From: an uncultured delta proteobacterium
Lineage (GTDB): Bacteria > Myxococcota_A > Polyangia > Polyangiales > Polyangiaceae
DNA: 64,000 nt
NCBI GenBank assembly: GCA_963806225.1
Contig: CAWDXG010000001.1
Coordinates: 704,001 to 768,000, forward strand
Direction of reading: 5' to 3'
Numbering within the stretch: the first letter of the stretch is position 1; each line of letters begins with the position of its first letter. The position numbers were made by a program, and so were the translations under genes. Below the pieces are notes generated by a model. The model was not told the origin of the DNA. It did no database searches and saw only the letters and a program-made list of their open reading frames with translations. Below are positions 59,885-64,000 of the stretch, piece by piece.

Positions 59885-61465
59885 ATGAACCACCCTTGCC
59901 TGGTCACTCTGGAGCGCGATAGCGCGCCGCGGGTTCTGTTTTCCGGCGACAAGCTGGTCGAGGTCGACCTGCCGGCGGGCACGCGCTGCATCTACCCGAA
60001 GCCGCCCATCGAGCCGCTGAAGGACGTGGACGCGGCGATCCGCTACGCGCTGAACCATCCGCTCGACTCGGAGCCGCTGTACGCAAAGCTCAAGCCGGGC
60101 ATGAAGGTCACCATCGCGATCGACGACATCTCGCTGCCGCTGCCGCCGATGCGCCGCCCCGACGCCCGCGAGCGCGTCCTGGAGATCGTGCTCTCGATGC
60201 TGGCCGATCACGGCGTCGACGACATCGAGATCATCATCGCCACCGGGATCCATCGCCGGATGAAGCCGGAAGAGGTCCGGCACATGGTCGGCGATCGCGT
60301 CTTCAACGAGTACTGGCCCGACCGACTCTACAACCACGACGCCGAGGACAAGGATGGCATGGTCGAGCTCGGTCGCACCGAGCTGGACGAGCCGGTCGAC
60401 CTCAACCGCCGCGCCGCCGAGAGCGATCTCGTCATCTACGCGAACATCACCTTCGTGGCGATGAACGGCGGACACAAGTCGGTCGCGGTCGGGCTGGCGA
60501 GCTACAGGAGCCTGCGCCCCCACCACAACCCGGAGGCGATCCGGCAGAGCAACAGCTACATGGATCCGGGCGGCTCGGAGCTTTCCACACGCATCGCGCG
60601 CATGGGCCGTGTGGTGAACGAGAAGCTGGACGTGTTCACGATCGAGACGACGTTGAACAACCGCATGTTCGACCGAGCGCTCGACTTCCTGTCGAAGAAC
60701 GAGGACGATCTGAACGCGCGCGAGCGGGCGCTGCTCAAGGGCCTGGTGATTTCGACCGGCAAGCTGCCGCAGCCTGCGCGCCAGGCCATCTTCGATCGCT
60801 TCCCGGCTCCCTACGGCGTGACCGGCGTGTGGGCGGGCGAGACGGACGCCGTTCACGAGAAGGCCATCGCCAAGGCCTTCGACCAGTACTGTGTTCCGAT
60901 CGAGGGCCAGGCGGACGTGCTCGTTACCGGTATCCCCTACATCAGCCCGTACAACGTGCACGCCTACCTCAACCCGCTGCTCGTGAGCGTGCTGGCGCAG
61001 GGCTATCTGTTCAACATGTACAGGCACGCGCCGCTCGTGAAGAAGGGCGGGACGCTCATCATCACGCACCCGGTGAGCGACAAGTTCGATCACGAGCAGC
61101 ACGCGCCCTACATCGACTTCGTGCACCGCGTGCTGGCCGAAACGCGCGACGCGATGGAGCTGCATCGCCGCTTCGAGGAGAAATTCGCCAACAATCCAGC
61201 CTTCATCCAGATGTTCCGGAACGGGCACGCCTACCACCCCGCCCACCCGTTCTTCATGTGGTACTGGGGCGAAAATGGGCGTCAGCACCTGGGCCGCGTC
61301 ATCGTCGTCGGGGCCGACAACGAGTACATGCCGAAGCTGCTCGGCTGGGAAACGGCTCCCAGCATGGACGAGGCGCTCTACCGCGCAAAGAACGGCGAGG
61401 TGAAGAGCCTGGACATCACGCTTCTGCACGTTCCGCCCATTGTGATGGGCGAAGTGACCGCGTAG
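59885..61465 (+). CDS. Lactate racemase (LarA/DUF2088) N-terminal-domain protein
   Basis: AL..PL.SEPL, TIAIDDISLP, IATGIHRRM, NHDAED, GGHKS, KKGGTLI. Confidence 0.8.
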   Translation: MNHPCLVTLERDSAPRVLFSGDKLVEVDLPAGTRCIYPKPPIEPLKDVDAAIRYALNHPLDSEPLYAKLKPGMKVTIAIDDISLPLPPMRRPDARERVLEIVLSMLADHGVDDIEIIIATGIHRRMKPEEVRHMVGDRVFNEYWPDRLYNHDAEDKDGMVELGRTELDEPVDLNRRAAESDLVIYANITFVAMNGGHKSVAVGLASYRSLRPHHNPEAIRQSNSYMDPGGSELSTRIARMGRVVNEKLDVFTIETTLNNRMFDRALDFLSKNEDDLNARERALLKGLVISTGKLPQPARQAIFDRFPAPYGVTGVWAGETDAVHEKAIAKAFDQYCVPIEGQADVLVTGIPYISPYNVHAYLNPLLVSVLAQGYLFNMYRHAPLVKKGGTLIITHPVSDKFDHEQHAPYIDFVHRVLAETRDAMELHRRFEEKFANNPAFIQMFRNGHAYHPAHPFFMWYWGENGRQHLGRVIVVGADNEYMPKLLGWETAPSMDEALYRAKNGEVKSLDITLLHVPPIVMGEVTA

Positions 61466-61612
61466 GCTCGTACGCGGCAGATGCGCTGGCGCACGAACGT
61501 TCAGGATTCACAGAACATCCGGCGTGCCGGAGCTTGACTCCGACCCCCAGCTGGAGAACGCACAGGGTCCGGTGCGATCCCCCCGGGGTGGTGGAGCACC
61601 GCGTCGTAGACG

Positions 61613-64000
61613 ATGGACAAAAGGGTGAATGGAGCGTCCCGGGAGGTCGCGGCGCGGCTCGATGTCGCGGCGCAGCTCTCCGGGAGGAAGCTGGTCGTTG
61701 TCGGCGGGACCGGCTTCCTGGGCAAGGTGTGGTGGTCGTTTCTGCTATCGCGCTATCCCGGCGTTGCGCGGCTGTACCTCGTGGTCCGACCGAAACGCGG
61801 GCAGACGGCGGAGGAACGCTTCTGGAACGAGATCGCGCCGAACGATGTGCTGCGCCCGCTCCGCGAGGAACACGGTGACCAGTTCGAGTCGTTCCTGCGC
61901 GAGAAGGTCATGCCGATCGCCGGCGATGTCGTGCAGCCCTTCTGCGGGCTCGAGCCGGCGCTTCGCGACGAGCTGAGAGGCGAGGTGGACGCAGTAGTCA
62001 ACGCCGCGGGCGTTGTGGACTTCGACCCGCCTCTCGACGAGGCGCTGGAGGTCAATGCCTTCGGCGTGCAGAACCTGGTCGCTCTCGCGAAGCGATCTCG
62101 GCAGCGTGCCCCTCATGCACACCAGCACGTGCTTCGTGGCGGGCAGCCGGACGGGCTTCATCGAGGAGCGCGACCCTCGCGAGCATCCCTTCCCGCGGGC
62201 GGACGAGCTGGCGACGGTGCACTGGGATCCGGACCGCGAGATCGCCGAGTGCCTCGATGTCGTGGAGCAGGCGCGACACCGTGGCAACGACGCGTTCCGC
62301 CAGAGCCGCTTTCTCGACGAGGCGAAGAAGAACCTGCTCGAGCGCGGCGAGCCGGGCAGGGGCGCCACGCTGGACGCCGAGGTCGAGCGCGTGAAGCGCA
62401 AGTTCATCGAGGCGCAGCTGGCCGAGATGGGCATGGAGCGCGCGAAGTTCTGGGGATTCCCGAACACGTACACGTACAGCAAGGCCATCGGCGAGCAGAT
62501 CGTCGCTTCCTCGGGCCTCCGCTTCACGATCGTGCGGCCGGCCATCGTGGAGTCGACGCTCGTCTTCCCGTTCCCCGGTTGGAACGAGGGTATCAACACC
62601 AGTGCGCCGCTCATCTACATCCTGCGCGAGGGCGGGCTGCAGATGCCTGGCGGCGACAACTTCCTCGACTTCATTCCCTGCGACATGGTCGCCGGCGGAA
62701 TGACGCTGTCGCTGGCCGAGCTGCTCGAAGGCACCGCGCCGGCCGTCTACCAGTATGGTTCGAGCGACTCGAACCCGTGCACCATGCGGCGCTTCTTCGA
62801 GCTGACGGGTCTGTACAAGCGTCGCTACTGGCAACGGACGGGTCGGGGAGGGCCGGCGCTCGGATTCATCCAGGCGCACTTCGAAGGCTCGCTCCTCGGC
62901 AAGGAGCAGTTCACGCGTTTCGGGCCGAAGGCCATCGCGCGCGGGGTGAAAGGTGTTTCCAGAGCGATGCGCGCAGCAGCGGTGGGTCCTGCTGCGGCGC
63001 TGCTCAAGCCGACGGCGAAGGCGCTCTCGGGCTTTGCCGAGCAGCAGCGTCGCGTCGGCGATGTGCTCGGCGTGTTCGTCCCGTTCACGGCCGAGTACAA
63101 GTACATCTTCCGCTGCGACAACATGCGTGCAGCCCGAGCGCGCCTGGGCGAAGCAGGATCTGCAGCGCATCAACTGGGATCCGGAAGGCATCGACTGGCG
63201 GCAGTGGTTCCTCGAAGTGCACTGCGTCGGGCTGGAGAAGTGGGTGTTCCCGCTTCTGGACGAGCGGCTCAAGCGCCCGCGCCGCGCTCCCCGGCGGCAC
63301 GAGACGCTGCCCGGGATGCTTGACGAGATGGCCGAGCGCTACGATCTCGGCGTCGCGCTGCAGCGCACGGAGCCCGAGGGACTGAGCCGCATCAGCTTCG
63401 CCGAGTGGCGGCAGCGCTCGCTGGCATGTGCGGCTCGGCTTGCGGAGCTCGGAATCGGTCGCGGCGACCGCGTGCTGCTCGCCGGTGCCAACCATCCGGC
63501 GTGGCCGATCACCTTCTTCGGCATCCAGCTTGCCGGCGCGACGGCGGTGCCGCTCGACGCGAACATCGAGGCGGACATCGCGGAGAATCTCGCGCGCGCC
63601 TCGGGTGCGAAGGTGTTCATCGCGGATGCCCAGGTGCGCGAACGCGTGCGCCCGCTGCTCGGCGATTCGATCGCCTGGCTCGACATGATCGACGGCGCGG
63701 CGCGTGGCGACACCGCCGAACCCGCTGCAGTCGAGCCCGAGGATACGGCGGCGCTCATCTACACCAGCGGCACCACCGGCACGCCCAAGGGCGTGATGCT
63801 GTCGCACGACAACCTGACCGCGCTCGTCGCGTCGCTGGCGCCGCTGTTCCCGCTGGGCCGCGGTGACCGCGTACTGAGCGTGCTCCCGCTCCACCACACT
63901 TTCGAGCTGACCTGCGGCATGCTCCTGCCGCTGTCGCGCGGCTCGCGCATCGTCTACCTGGACGAGCTGACGGCCGAGCGGCTGGAGGTGGGACTCAAGA
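61613..64000 (+). CDS. elbD: ElbD-like multidomain enzyme: fatty acyl-CoA reductase + adenylation domain; frameshifts at ~62092 and ~63152; runs off the right edge
   Basis: GGTGFLGK, HTSTCFV, PNTYTYSKA.GE, VRPAIVES..PFPGWNEG, DFIP.D, IDW; then IYTSGTTGTPKGVMLSH and LPLHHTFE. Confidence 0.72.

Noticed and set aside
62080..63160. Programmed ribosomal frameshifting in the ElbD-like gene
   Set aside because: No slippery heptamer; the shifts fall inside a conserved domain and match the window-wide indel pattern
1..64000. tRNA/rRNA, prophage, integrase or classical defence island
   Set aside because: No recognisable signatures by eye; a covariance-model scan was not possible

Overview
GC-rich bacterial chromosomal DNA, most likely Myxococcota (Polyangiales-like). 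The assignment is inferred from the many Gly/Cys-rich lipoproteins, an AgmX/PglI-type domain, an ECF sigma next to a Ser/Thr kinase, and an ElbD-like gene. The window holds about 58 CDS: lipid metabolism (SCP-x thiolase, fatty acid hydroxylase, acyl-CoA ligase, MFE-2-like and HSDL2-like SDRs), housekeeping genes (EF-G-like, greB, apaG, RNase D, RNase Z-like, MenA-like, deoxyhypusine-synthase-like) and many secreted lipoproteins and hydrolases. No rRNA, tRNA, CRISPR array or transposase was seen. At least 6 genes carry single-base frameshifts, which look like long-read assembly errors. Most notable: (1) an elb-like ether-lipid cluster (HAD-IB, LarA-domain protein, FAR-adenylation multidomain enzyme) interrupted by a hairpin-flanked DUF559 nuclease cassette; (2) a tightly coupled six-gene operon GpsA-like/FGGY kinase/MlaE/MlaF/TMTC-like GT-C/GT2; (3) unusual fusion lipoproteins (lamin-tail + twin PLD + CBM20; ExbD + TonB-C-like); (4) several orphan gene fragments in intergenic spaces. 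All calls come from motif recognition by eye, with no database searches.
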